A stretch of 64,000 bases of DNA, from contig JAXLUN010000001.1 of assembly GCA_046329535.1 (NCBI GenBank), forward strand, positions 514,856 to 578,855. The letters run 5' to 3'. The position numbers and the translations under genes are program-made. The DNA is from Chitinophagales bacterium. GTDB lineage: Bacteria > Bacteroidota > Bacteroidia > Chitinophagales > LD1. The notes under the pieces are model-generated. The model saw only the letters and a list, made by a program, of their open reading frames with translations. It did not search any database and had not been told where the DNA came from. This document shows, piece by piece, positions 1-9,573 of the stretch (within the stretch, counting starts at the first letter, position 1; every line of letters begins with the position of its first letter).

Positions 1-283
1 TTACAGTAAACTTAAAAGAGCTGCCTTAACCTTACGGGCGCTTAATCACCCGCTCAGAAAACTAATGCTGGGCATGATGGAGCAGCGTAAACGAATTGCG
101 GTTAGCGAAATTTACAAGAAAATAAAAATTGAACAGTCGGTAGCATCACAACACTTAGCTATCATGCGCAGAGCCGGAGTGGTTAAAACTACACGCGATG
201 GCAAATTCATTTACTATTCGGTTAATAGTGAGCGAATAGCAGAAATAACTGAAATGGTAGAGCGCCTGGCTCAAAATGCATAG
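1..283 (+). CDS. ArsR/SmtB-family winged-HTH transcriptional regulator (5' end runs off the window)
   Basis: The frame is open from nt 2 (..LTLRALNHPLRKLMLGMM..). The stretch SEIYKKIKIEQSVASQHLAIMRRAGVV..DGKFIYYS is typical of the ArsR recognition helix and wing. Confidence 0.75.
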   Translation, partial: YSKLKRAALTLRALNHPLRKLMLGMMEQRKRIAVSEIYKKIKIEQSVASQHLAIMRRAGVVKTTRDGKFIYYSVNSERIAEITEMVERLAQNA

Positions 284-305
284 CTGTTGTATTGATAATT
301 TTTAC

Positions 306-341
306 AAGCCGCATCCATATCAGAATGATGCGGCTTTTTTT
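306..341 (+). terminator. Rho-independent terminator after the ArsR-like gene
   Basis: Perfect 10-bp stem aagccgcatc (306-315) / gatgcggctt (327-336), followed by a T-run. Confidence 0.8.
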
Positions 342-430
342 ATGCCTGTATGCATACCTCTATGTTGTATGTAGAAAATAAAAACGCGATCTTTTTTTCG
401 ATATAGTACAATTTGCATCTTCGTCCCCGC

Positions 431-1366
431 ATGAATAAATCTCTCCGTCCTCATATTTTTTTACTTATTGTCAATTTGTTTTATGGGGCTGGCTTTACAG
501 TTTCAAAAATGGTAATGCCTGAGTTCATTCAGCCTTTCGGGTTTATTTTTATCCGTGTATCGGTAACTACCACTCTGTTTTTTCTGTTACATTTTTTCTG
601 GTTGAAAGAAAAAGTGGAAACGAAAGATTTCGGCCTGATTGCCCTGTGCGGAATATTTGGTGTAGTTATTAATCAGGAAATGTTTTTTGCCGGCCTTAGC
701 ATTACTACTCCTATTAACGCGGCCCTCATAATGATAATGACACCTATTCTGGTGTTTGTTATATCCTTTTTTCTGGCACACGAAAAGGCCACCTGGCAAA
801 AAATTCTAGGCTTGCTTTGGGGCCTAACAGGTGCGCTGGTTATACTGGCTGGTCGCGATTTCGGTTTTAGCAGTAAAACGATAATGGGCGATTTATTTAT
901 TCTCATTAATGCTACTTCTTATGCTGTTTACCTGGTAATAGTGCGTCCGCTGATGAAAAAATACCATCCGCTAACAGTGGTCAAATGGGTTTTCTTTTTC
1001 GGACTCTTTCCGGTCACCTTATTCGGGTTTAAACAATTTACATTAATTGAATGGCATACATTCACTAAGCAGATATGGATAGCGATGGTTTTCATAATTA
1101 TAGGCACTACTTTTTTTGCTTATCTGCTCAACATGCTGGCACTGCGCGAAGTACACAGTAGTGTGGTAGGTGCTTACATTTATCTGCAGCCCATCCTGGC
1201 TACTATCATCTCCATCGCTTTGGGTAAAGACCATTTGAGTTTTGAAAAATTAATCTCAGCCTTGCTTATCTTCAGCGGGGTTTATATGGTTTCGTTTGCT
1301 GGCAACATCAAAATGTTCAACAATCCAACCCGAGAACCGGATAGTGACGATATGATTCTGGAATGA
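431..1366 (+). CDS. EamA/DMT-family (RhaT-like) permease
   Basis: About 10 predicted hydrophobic helices in two halves, typical of EamA repeats. The ATG at 431 is preferred over the TTG at 413. Confidence 0.7.
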   Translation: MNKSLRPHIFLLIVNLFYGAGFTVSKMVMPEFIQPFGFIFIRVSVTTTLFFLLHFFWLKEKVETKDFGLIALCGIFGVVINQEMFFAGLSITTPINAALIMIMTPILVFVISFFLAHEKATWQKILGLLWGLTGALVILAGRDFGFSSKTIMGDLFILINATSYAVYLVIVRPLMKKYHPLTVVKWVFFFGLFPVTLFGFKQFTLIEWHTFTKQIWIAMVFIIIGTTFFAYLLNMLALREVHSSVVGAYIYLQPILATIISIALGKDHLSFEKLISALLIFSGVYMVSFAGNIKMFNNPTREPDSDDMILE

Positions 1367-1420
1367 TTTAATTCATTTTTAAAAGCTCGAATTTTACAAT
1401 TATCAAATTAGTTTCGTGCC

Positions 1421-2299
1421 ATGCTAAAATCGATGACAGGCTTTGGAAAAGCAAGCGGTAAGATTGATGAAAGAACGGTCAACGTAGAAATAAAATCGCT
1501 GAACAGCCAAAAGGGGCTGGATTTGAATGTAAAGTATCCCAGCAAGTATCGTGAATACGAGTATGCCTTGCGCAATAAGGCCTCGCAGATATTACAACGG
1601 GGCAAAATTGATATTTACATTACTCTGGAACACAACACCGCCAGCAGCGAGTTATCACTCAATAAAGAGTTGATTAAATCATATTTTGAAGAATTTAAGG
1701 CTATTGCCGATGAGGTGGGAGCCAGCACAGAAAACTTGCTGCCTACAATTCTAAAAATGCCTGATGTAATTGGTGAGAGTCATGAGGAAGCCAGTGAAGA
1801 TGAGTTAAAACTGATTGAAGCAATTTTAGGTAAGGCCATTCAGGAGGTAGAAAATTTCAGAATAATAGAAGGCAGATCTTTGGAAGAGGAGTTGCTTTTG
1901 CGCATATCAAACATTGAAAAATTTTCATTCGATTTGAGTGCTGAGGATAAACGAAGAGTAGTAGAGATTCGCGAACGATTAAAGAATAACCTGGAAAGTT
2001 TTGTTCAAAAGGATAAGATTGATGCCAACCGATTTGAGCAGGAGGTGATTTACTATATTGAAAAATTGGATATTACCGAAGAGCTGACCCGTTTAAAGTC
2101 GCATTGCGCTTATTTCAGAACTATTATAGCTGATAAGGAGGAACTGAAAGGCCGTAAGTTGAATTTTATTACGCAGGAGATAGGCCGGGAGATAAACACC
2201 GTAGGTTCTAAAGCCAACGATGCCATTATGCAGAAGATAGTGGTGAATATGAAAGATGAACTGGAAAAAATTAAGGAGCAAACGAATAATATTCTATAA
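1421..2299 (+). CDS. yicC: YicC-family stress-induced protein
   Basis: N-terminus MLKSMTGFGKA and C-terminal motif QEIGREINTVGSKAND are hallmarks of YicC. Confidence 0.85.
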   Translation: MLKSMTGFGKASGKIDERTVNVEIKSLNSQKGLDLNVKYPSKYREYEYALRNKASQILQRGKIDIYITLEHNTASSELSLNKELIKSYFEEFKAIADEVGASTENLLPTILKMPDVIGESHEEASEDELKLIEAILGKAIQEVENFRIIEGRSLEEELLLRISNIEKFSFDLSAEDKRRVVEIRERLKNNLESFVQKDKIDANRFEQEVIYYIEKLDITEELTRLKSHCAYFRTIIADKEELKGRKLNFITQEIGREINTVGSKANDAIMQKIVVNMKDELEKIKEQTNNIL

Positions 2300-2332
2300 A
2301 CCCTAAATTACCCGAAAGGGATTTGAGTCAAG

Positions 2333-2950
2333 ATGTCAGGACATAATTTTACCCGCGTACTTATTCCACCACGCAAGTTAGTGGTGATTACTGCACCGAG
2401 CGGAGCAGGAAAATCTTCTATTGTAAAAAAGTTGTTACAACATAATTCAGATTTATCGTTTTCTGTATCCTGTACTACCCGCGACAAACGCTCTGGCGAA
2501 ATAGATGGTGACCATTATCATTTTATATCGCAGGAGGAGTTTAAAAAAAGAGCAGCTAACAACGAGTTTGTAGAGCAGGAAGAAGTTTACCCCGGCAAAT
2601 TTTATGGCACTCTCAAAACAGAAGTAGAGCGCGTGTGGAATAACCGCCAGGTGGTATTGTTTGATATTGATGTAAAAGGAGCTCTGAATCTTAAGAAACA
2701 ATTCGGCAATGATTGTATCACTATTTTTATTGCCCCTCCATCCAAAGATTCTCTGATTAATCGATTGAAAAATCGTGGTACTGAAGATGCTAAAAGTCTA
2801 AAAGCAAGAGTTGCACGCAGCGAAGAAGAACTGACTTATGCCGATAAGTTTGACAAAGTGGTGGTAAACCATGATTTTGATATTGCATATATGCGTGTTA
2901 AAAATGCGGTGCTGTCGTTTTTAAAACCACAAATGCAACACGTTCATTAA
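2333..2950 (+). CDS. gmk: Guanylate kinase
   Basis: P-loop APSGAGKSS, the stretch TTRDKRSGEIDGDHYHF, and a length of about 200 aa. Confidence 0.9.
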   Translation: MSGHNFTRVLIPPRKLVVITAPSGAGKSSIVKKLLQHNSDLSFSVSCTTRDKRSGEIDGDHYHFISQEEFKKRAANNEFVEQEEVYPGKFYGTLKTEVERVWNNRQVVLFDIDVKGALNLKKQFGNDCITIFIAPPSKDSLINRLKNRGTEDAKSLKARVARSEEELTYADKFDKVVVNHDFDIAYMRVKNAVLSFLKPQMQHVH

Positions 2951-2993
2951 CCGATTTGGTTTTATCAAAAGAGCCATTACTTTCATGCTGTAA

Positions 2994-3380
2994 ATGGAAA
3001 CACTTATAACATCGGGAGTTGAGGTGCGGGTTGAATCAATCTTTCAGCCGGAGCATTCAGACGTGGTAGAAAGTGAGTATTTCTTTGCTTATCACATCAC
3101 GTTGTGTAATCATAATCCTTTCACGGTTCAATTGCTGGCCCGAAAGTGGAGAATAAGTGATACCAATTTTGAAACCCGTCATGTAGAAGGCGATGGAGTA
3201 GTAGGCCGCCAACCGGTACTTTATGCAGGAGATACATTTCAATATGTATCCGGATGCAGCCTTCAAACACCCATTGGCAAAATGGAGGGTGTCTATATTT
3301 TTGAAAATAAACAGAGTGCAGAAAAATTTGAAGTAACTATTCCGGCTTTTAAGCTGATAGCTCCGGTCATTCTCAATTAA
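2994..3380 (+). CDS. apaG: ApaG (DUF525) protein
   Basis: 128 aa. The stretches FFAYHITLCNHNPFTVQLLARKWRISD and EGDGVVGRQPVL match the ApaG fold family. Confidence 0.85.
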   Translation: METLITSGVEVRVESIFQPEHSDVVESEYFFAYHITLCNHNPFTVQLLARKWRISDTNFETRHVEGDGVVGRQPVLYAGDTFQYVSGCSLQTPIGKMEGVYIFENKQSAEKFEVTIPAFKLIAPVILN

Positions 3381-3750
3381 GATTAGCTTTTGTGCGGTCG
3401 TAAGGCATAAACACAAAACTGGTGGCTCCTTCTTCAGCTACAAACACGCACATGTAATTTATCGGGCTTTTATAGGCTTTTATAAAGTCATTCGCTTTTT
3501 GTTTAAGCACTATCCCTTTGCTCACAAACTCTTCCAAGTGCGAGGCGTTAAAGTTCCAACTAATGTCATAGTCGGCACGGTTAACAATGGGCAAACCAAT
3601 ATCTACATCGTTTTCTCCACGCATTGCTACAAAAATGGGATAACGGGTTACATCGCTTCGTAACATACCGGTAGCTACCTGTCGGATATACTCGCGGCAT
3701 ACTTCCAGATCATCGTGGAGTGATTTATATATTTCTTCGTCCAGTGTCAT
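3373..3750 (-). CDS. Hypothetical protein (125 aa)
   Basis: Open frame downstream of rlmD on the same strand. The first ATG (MTLDEEIY) is at 3750; the ORF-track start at 3804 is a TTG. No family recognised. Confidence 0.5.
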   Translation of the reverse strand: MTLDEEIYKSLHDDLEVCREYIRQVATGMLRSDVTRYPIFVAMRGENDVDIGLPIVNRADYDISWNFNASHLEEFVSKGIVLKQKANDFIKAYKSPINYMCVFVAEEGATSFVFMPYDRTKANLN

Positions 3751-3823
3751 AAAATATCGGGTTGATGCGGATGCAAGGTTAAGTCTAAAATCAAGGAATT
3801 GCAAAGCCAGCTAGTTCGCTTCT

Positions 3824-5254
3824 CTATTTAGCTGGCGTACTTTTAAGTTGAAGCAATACCACATTTTCTATGTGAGTGGTATGCGGAAACATATCTACCG
3901 CCTGTATCCGTATAACTTCATACTTTTCGCTTAGCCATTGTAAATCACGGGCCTGTGTGGCAGCGTTGCAGCTTACGTATACAATTTTCGGAGCTTCCAG
4001 TTGCAGCAACGTTTTCACTACATCTTCATGCATACCTGCTCGTGGGGGATCGGTAATTACCACATCAGGTTTTCCGTGGTTGGCTATAAATTCCTCTTTC
4101 AACACCATCCGTACATCACCGGCATAGAAAGAGCAATTAGTTACCGCATTCAATACCGCATTCTGTTTGGCATCTTCAATAGCAGCATCTATCTGCTCTA
4201 TACCCACCACTTGTTTACAGCTATCGCTCACATATAAAGCAATACTTCCTACTCCGGTATATAGATCATATACCACATCATCTGGCTGCAGGTTGGCCAA
4301 TTCTTTAGTAACATCATACAGTACCTTTGCCTGAGCGGAGTTGGTTTGGAAAAAACTCTTCGGTCCAATCTTGAACTTGTAACTGCCCAACTGCTCTATG
4401 ATATGGTCTTTGCCTTTAAATACTTTTGGCGCTAAATCATAGATAGTATCGTTGCGTTTGGGGTTCCATACATATTGGAGGGAAGTAATTTGCGGGAACT
4501 TTTGACTCAAAAAAGTAAGCAGCGTATTTATCTTCAATTCATCGTTTTCGTAAAAGCTGATCAGCACCAGTATTTCTCCTATGCCAGAAATGCGAATCAT
4601 CATGTTGCGCAATAAGCCTTGCTGACTTTTCAAGTCGAAAAAAGTATATCCGTTTTGAAGGGCAAATTCTTTTACAGCTAAACGTATCTCGTTACTTGGT
4701 TCTTCCTGCAGGTAGCATTTCTCAACATCTATCACTCCACTGAAACTGCCTGGCACATGAAAACCCAATGCATTGCGGTGGTCAAAAGTGGCTCCGCTTT
4801 TTACTTCTTCTTCAGTTAACCATCTGCGGTCTGTAAAGGCAAACTCCAGTTTGTTTCGATAATAAAAATTGTCTTTACAACCAAGTACATCGGGCATTTC
4901 CGGAAACTCAACTTTACCGATTCGCTCCAAGGCATCTGCTACAATCTTTTTCTTAAATTTTAATTGTTGGGCATAGCTGATGTGCTGCCATTTACAGCCC
5001 CCACAAATTCCAAAGTGTGAGCAGGTTGCAGCTATTCGCAAATTGCTTGGAATCTTTAAAGCAGCAATCACTCCTTCGGCATAACTCTTTTTGCTTTTGC
5101 GTACTTCTATGTCTACCACATCGCCCGGCACAGCTTTTTCGGTAAAAATTACCTTGCCTTCCATGCGTGCAATGCCTAACCCCTCGCTGCTCATGTCGGT
5201 AATAGCCACATCGGGCAGAATTTTGCGCTCTTTATTCTTCTTGTTTTTAGACAT
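3824..5254 (-). CDS. rlmD: 23S rRNA (uracil-5-)-methyltransferase RlmD/RumA family
   Basis: N-terminal TRAM-like domain, Fe-S cysteine cluster CSHFGICGGCKWQH, SAM motif DLYTGVGSIAL, and catalytic VYVSCNAAT. Confidence 0.85.
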   Translation of the reverse strand: MSKNKKNKERKILPDVAITDMSSEGLGIARMEGKVIFTEKAVPGDVVDIEVRKSKKSYAEGVIAALKIPSNLRIAATCSHFGICGGCKWQHISYAQQLKFKKKIVADALERIGKVEFPEMPDVLGCKDNFYYRNKLEFAFTDRRWLTEEEVKSGATFDHRNALGFHVPGSFSGVIDVEKCYLQEEPSNEIRLAVKEFALQNGYTFFDLKSQQGLLRNMMIRISGIGEILVLISFYENDELKINTLLTFLSQKFPQITSLQYVWNPKRNDTIYDLAPKVFKGKDHIIEQLGSYKFKIGPKSFFQTNSAQAKVLYDVTKELANLQPDDVVYDLYTGVGSIALYVSDSCKQVVGIEQIDAAIEDAKQNAVLNAVTNCSFYAGDVRMVLKEEFIANHGKPDVVITDPPRAGMHEDVVKTLLQLEAPKIVYVSCNAATQARDLQWLSEKYEVIRIQAVDMFPHTTHIENVVLLQLKSTPAK

Positions 5255-5340
5255 GCCTGCGGTTTATAATTTGGGAGCACTAAAATAGATTTTGTTGGCA
5301 CAGTGGTAAAACACTCCCAGCCTCTTGTAGGGCTCAAAAG

Positions 5341-5391
5341 TTAAACGTTCAGCGAGTGGTGTGTTTTAAACAATGCTCGCTGAACGTTTAA
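5341..5391 (-). terminator. Hairpin terminator downstream of the repeat lipoprotein gene
   Basis: Perfect 16-bp arms ttaaacgttcagcgag (5341-5356) / ctcgctgaacgtttaa (5376-5391), with a short T-run on the minus strand after the stem. Confidence 0.6.
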
Positions 5392-5410
5392 TTGTATTGG
5401 ATAAAAAGAT

Positions 5411-6310
5411 TTATTGAACCTGCGAAACAGACCAACTGGTAAAAGACCCATTGTCACAACGGCCTCTGATCCAGAAATAATAAGTGCCATTAAAGCCCGA
5501 TGGATTACCTACCGTTCCGTTTGATGAGCTGGTAGAGAGGATATTCCCGGTGTTTACACTGGCCGAGGTGGAGAATGCAATTTCGTAACCCGTATTACCG
5601 TGACCGGTAGAGGTATAGCTTATTTCCTGCCAGTTTATTTTGTAGGCGTATAAATTAGTAGGTGCTGTGCAGGGTGTGCTGATGTTTTGGTCCGTAGCAG
5701 CATAAACACTGTGCGGGCCGGCCCAGCTGCTGAAGGTGCTGCCGCCACAGTTAGCGCGTACATAAAAATCGTAGGTGGTGCCGGCATGCATAATGGCATC
5801 GTAGGTATAGGTGTTGTTCGTACGCAGGCGGGTTCCGTTGCCTATGGTAAAACCGGTAGGGCCGTATTCCATATCGTAGTAGTTTCCACTACCGTACCAT
5901 TGTAGTTGGTAGGTGCTGGAGGTATAAACAGTCAGGCTATAAGGAGTGCCGCAGGAACTGTAACCGCCATCTACATTGACGGTGTTTTTACCAGACCAGG
6001 AAGATGTATTGCCTTCACAACGATTGCGCACATAAACATCATAGCTACCGTAAGCAGATACGGTAAAACTGCCCGAGGTGGTATTGCTGCCACTAAACGA
6101 AGCGGTAGTGCCGCTGCCTTGGGTAAAACCGGCCGGGCCATATTCTATATCAAAGCCATCGAGACTGTACCCTATAGATACTGTTACTTCTTTATCAGCT
6201 AAGCTGAAATTGACGTTATAAGGAGCATCGCAGGTAGTTTGGTCGGTATCTTTTTTACAAGCCGATAAAAGTGTAAAGGCAAACAAGATGATGGCGTATG
6301 TTTTTTTCAT
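5411..6310 (-). CDS. Lipoprotein with three FN3-like internal repeats
   Basis: Lipobox LLSAC after MKKTYAIILFAF. Three repeats of about 95 aa each open with C(D/G/T)(A/T)P and contain EYGP(A/T)GFT.G.GT and Y(D)(V/F)YVR..C. Rich in Ser/Thr/Gly. Confidence 0.65.
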   Translation of the reverse strand: MKKTYAIILFAFTLLSACKKDTDQTTCDAPYNVNFSLADKEVTVSIGYSLDGFDIEYGPAGFTQGSGTTASFSGSNTTSGSFTVSAYGSYDVYVRNRCEGNTSSWSGKNTVNVDGGYSSCGTPYSLTVYTSSTYQLQWYGSGNYYDMEYGPTGFTIGNGTRLRTNNTYTYDAIMHAGTTYDFYVRANCGGSTFSSWAGPHSVYAATDQNISTPCTAPTNLYAYKINWQEISYTSTGHGNTGYEIAFSTSASVNTGNILSTSSSNGTVGNPSGFNGTYYFWIRGRCDNGSFTSWSVSQVQ

Positions 6311-6513
6311 GCTGAAATTTATGAGCGGCAAAAATAACTAAACCACTTAGTTAACAAACAAGCTGATTTAAAACTCGTCAGTTTCTAACTTTATGTTTAC
6401 TACTGTCAAGATGGAGGTTTTTGTTGCAAAGTGTTGGGTGTACTTTGCTGTAATTGCTTGACAAAATTGTTATCATTGAATTTAATTGTTCGCATCTACG
6501 CAAAGACCATAGC

Positions 6514-7992
6514 ATGATTTTTAATTCGTTTGAGTTTCTTGTTTTTTTTGTTGTAGTTACTACAGTATTTTTTCTTCTACCCCACAGGTTTCGTTGGTTT
6601 CATTTGTTAGCAGCCAGCATTTTCTTTTACTCTTATTTCATTCCCATTTATATTCTGGTTCTGTTTCTGACTATTATTATTGATTATTTCGCAGGTCTTC
6701 AGATTGAGCGGAATCAGGGTAAGTCTCGTAAGTACTACCTTGTTTTGAGTTTAATAGCCAACATTGGCATACTGGCTATTTTTAAGTATTATAATTTTTT
6801 CGCCACTAATATCAATGCCCTGTTTGATATAGAGCAAAGTCACTTTCAGTTAATCCTTTTGTCTTTTGCTTTACCTATCGGTCTTTCTTTTCATACTTTT
6901 CAGGCAATGAGTTATACCATAGAGGTATATCGCGGAAACCAGAAAGCGGAACGTCATTTTGGTATTTACGCGCTGTATGTTATGTTTTATCCTCAACTGG
7001 TGGCAGGGCCAATTGAGCGACCCCAAAATGTGTTGCATCAATTTTATGAAAAGCAAAGTTTTTCTTATCAGAATGCCGTTAGGGGGCTCAGGTTAATGCT
7101 GTGGGGAATGTTTAAGAAAGTGGTTATTGCCGATAATTTGTCGGTGGTTGTAGATCATGTATATAATAATCCTGATTCAGTTTCGGGCTTGTCTGTTTTT
7201 ACGGCAGCTGTGTTTTTCAGTTTTCAGATTTACTGTGACTTTTCCGGCTATTCTGACATTGCTTTAGGATGTGCTCGGTTTATGGGTTTTAATCTCATGA
7301 AAAATTTCAACATACCGTATTATGCCAAGTCAATTTCAGAGTTCTGGAGCCGATGGCATATTTCCCTTTCCACTTGGTTTCGAGATTACTTATATATACC
7401 GCTAGGGGGTAATAAGGGTGGCGAGCTGAAAGCCCAGAGAAATGTATTTATCGTTTTTATGGTTAGCGGTTTATGGCATGGCGCTAACTGGACCTTTGTT
7501 TTTTGGGGCTTTCTACATGGCTTATATACCGTAGTTGGTCGTTTTTCAAAGTCTTTTCGTTCAGCGGCCGTTAATAAGGTGGTTACTCCCGGCAGTGTTG
7601 CGGCCAGCGGTGTTAATCTGCTGGAAGTATTCTTTAATTTTTTGCTCGTTACTTTTACCTGGGTGTTTTTTAGAGCAAACAGTATGACTCATGCTTTCGA
7701 TATTCTTCAAAATTGTTTCAAGACTTACTTTCTGCCTCAAGGAAATTCGGTAACTGCATTTGTTTTAAACTGGATGAAAGAACTGAATATGGGTGTTTCG
7801 GATGTGCTGGTTTTAGGTTCGGCTATTTTTATTCTGGAAGCGGGGCATTGGGTGCTTAACTGTCATTCGGGTCAAAGCTGGATGGAGGAAAGACCTGTTT
7901 GGGTTCGCTATTTTATTTATTGCGCTATAACCACGCTCATTCTGGTTTTCGGAAATTTTGGGGTGAAACAGTTTATTTATTTTCAATTTTAA
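6514..7992 (+). CDS. MBOAT-family membrane-bound O-acyltransferase (AlgI/DltB/PatA-like)
   Basis: N-terminus MIFNSFEFLVFF, polytopic, and the conserved region FWSRWHISLSTWFRDYLYIPLGGN...SGLWHGA containing the MBOAT histidine. Confidence 0.85.
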   Translation: MIFNSFEFLVFFVVVTTVFFLLPHRFRWFHLLAASIFFYSYFIPIYILVLFLTIIIDYFAGLQIERNQGKSRKYYLVLSLIANIGILAIFKYYNFFATNINALFDIEQSHFQLILLSFALPIGLSFHTFQAMSYTIEVYRGNQKAERHFGIYALYVMFYPQLVAGPIERPQNVLHQFYEKQSFSYQNAVRGLRLMLWGMFKKVVIADNLSVVVDHVYNNPDSVSGLSVFTAAVFFSFQIYCDFSGYSDIALGCARFMGFNLMKNFNIPYYAKSISEFWSRWHISLSTWFRDYLYIPLGGNKGGELKAQRNVFIVFMVSGLWHGANWTFVFWGFLHGLYTVVGRFSKSFRSAAVNKVVTPGSVAASGVNLLEVFFNFLLVTFTWVFFRANSMTHAFDILQNCFKTYFLPQGNSVTAFVLNWMKELNMGVSDVLVLGSAIFILEAGHWVLNCHSGQSWMEERPVWVRYFIYCAITTLILVFGNFGVKQFIYFQF

Positions 7993-7998
7993 ACACAC

Positions 7999-8847
7999 AT
8001 GAAACTGTTTTTTTCTAAGTTGGTTTTGCTGGGTCTATTACTGCTTCTGCTGTTGAATTTTATAGTGGCACCCCTGCTTATTGAAGTATCAGATCGAGTT
8101 GATTTTTTTTCCTGGAGTTATATATATGCCCGTGTTTTAAATGCCAAGAAGAAGCACTCTTTTAGCAAAATTGTGCTGGGTGATAGTGTAGGAGCTCAGT
8201 TGTATCAGCCCAAAAAATACCCGTACTCTTTTTGCACGAATGGCTCTGTGTTATTGGCCGGCAATTTTGTGCTTTTACAAAACTATCTGAAGAATAACCC
8301 AGCCCCCGATACCTTGATTTTTGTTTGTAACCCCCGGGTATTTGCTACTGATTTTTTTGGAAAAATGGTTTTTAACTCTTTCTGCAAGCCATTTAATACG
8401 GGTGCTCATCAGGCTTACTTTACACCCGAACTTAAAGAGCTGCTGAAAACTAATTATAAATACCGCCTTAGTCAATATCCGTTTTATAAAGTATTGGGTT
8501 GTATAGATGACCCTGTTCCTCCGGCTGTTTCCGATTCAACCCGCACATTTATCTCCGATATTAATTTGAGTTATCTTAAAAAGATAGATACGCTGGTTCG
8601 GCAAAAGCACATGTATTGCCGATTTGTTTCGCCATCGGTAAATGCAGCATATGCCATACCGCAGGCAGAAATGGAGCACATGAAGCAAGATATAGATCAG
8701 GCGGGCTGCGCTTATTTGTTTTCAAATTACTGGTCGTCTGTTCAGTATCTTGATGCTGCCTGCTTTGGCGACTATCTGCATTATACACATGATTACCTAC
8801 AGCAAAATCTTAAAACAGAGCAAAACCGGTTAGAAAACTACTATTAG
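7999..8847 (+). CDS. Membrane-anchored SGNH/AlgJ/DltD-like putative acyl-transfer partner of the MBOAT protein
   Basis: N-terminal transmembrane helix, GDS block (IVLGDSVGAQL) near the N-terminus and a DxxH block (GDYLHYTHD) near the C-terminus. Starts 7 nt after the MBOAT stop. Confidence 0.5.
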   Translation: MKLFFSKLVLLGLLLLLLLNFIVAPLLIEVSDRVDFFSWSYIYARVLNAKKKHSFSKIVLGDSVGAQLYQPKKYPYSFCTNGSVLLAGNFVLLQNYLKNNPAPDTLIFVCNPRVFATDFFGKMVFNSFCKPFNTGAHQAYFTPELKELLKTNYKYRLSQYPFYKVLGCIDDPVPPAVSDSTRTFISDINLSYLKKIDTLVRQKHMYCRFVSPSVNAAYAIPQAEMEHMKQDIDQAGCAYLFSNYWSSVQYLDAACFGDYLHYTHDYLQQNLKTEQNRLENYY

Positions 8848-8877
8848 TTATTTCCTGATTTTTCTGCACAACTCGTT

Positions 8878-9573
8878 TCAAATATCAAACAAACCCGCGT
8901 GTGCCGGGCTGTGTCTATATATAATATGAGCGGCCTTGTTAACCAAGCGGTAAATTTCATACAGCTCATTAAACAAATCAATGCGCTGACCGGTGGCCCG
9001 CAGGCGCAAACGTTTGTGATACTCCTGTTCAACTTCACTTTCGGCCAGTTGATTGGTGGCTGTTTGTAAATCGCTGCTTAAAGAGGCCGGCATACCTGCT
9101 GCCAGCAAAGCAGCCTCGTAATCGGGTATCAGTTTGAGCATGGTGAAGGCATTTACCGTAAAACGGGCTGTGCCGCTGGTGTTGGCGTTACGCATTTTTT
9201 CAAAACCAAACTCGTGTAGTATGCGCGCTTTACCCGGAAAGGCCTTTTTTACGAAATACTCCAAACTATCCAGCTGCAGCAATACAGCATCGGTTTTTTC
9301 TTTCACCTGCGCGGTGGCTCCTTCCAGCCGCGCCACCAGCAGATTGTCCGAATCGTTACTGCCAAAAGCCTGTATCAGGCTTAGCCAGTTATCGGCAAAA
9401 CTTTGATTCAGCGTGGGGTCAAATGCTTCAAAGTCGGCCAGGCGCTCCAGAAACAAAATGTGCCACTCATCGCTCTTCATCCGCAAATTAGAGTCGTCAA
9501 TTTCAAATGTTTTGCGCTGAATCTCTTTTTTACGATACTTCCTTTTCTTAATTGGCTGTGGTTCTGGTTCCAT
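8878..9573 (-). CDS. Hypothetical protein with a basic N-terminus (231 aa from the ATG)
   Basis: Long open frame. The ATG (MEPEPQPIKKRKYRKKE) is at 9573. No family recognised. Confidence 0.5.
   Translation of the reverse strand: MEPEPQPIKKRKYRKKEIQRKTFEIDDSNLRMKSDEWHILFLERLADFEAFDPTLNQSFADNWLSLIQAFGSNDSDNLLVARLEGATAQVKEKTDAVLLQLDSLEYFVKKAFPGKARILHEFGFEKMRNANTSGTARFTVNAFTMLKLIPDYEAALLAAGMPASLSSDLQTATNQLAESEVEQEYHKRLRLRATGQRIDLFNELYEIYRLVNKAAHIIYRHSPAHAGLFDI

Noticed and set aside
3373-3380. An 8-nt convergent overlap of apaG and the downstream minus-strand gene. Also the zero-nt spacing between the fabH stop and the stop of the convergent lipoprotein gene (45083/45084).
   Set aside because: Tail-to-tail overlaps and abutments are common in compact bacterial genomes. 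I saw no structure or motif suggesting a special mechanism.
5687-6202. Two plus-strand ORFs (72 and 98 aa) inside the FN3-repeat lipoprotein gene.
   Set aside because: They lie antisense to a coding frame that has a lipobox and internal repeats. Their Gly/Ala/Val-rich products have no start context.
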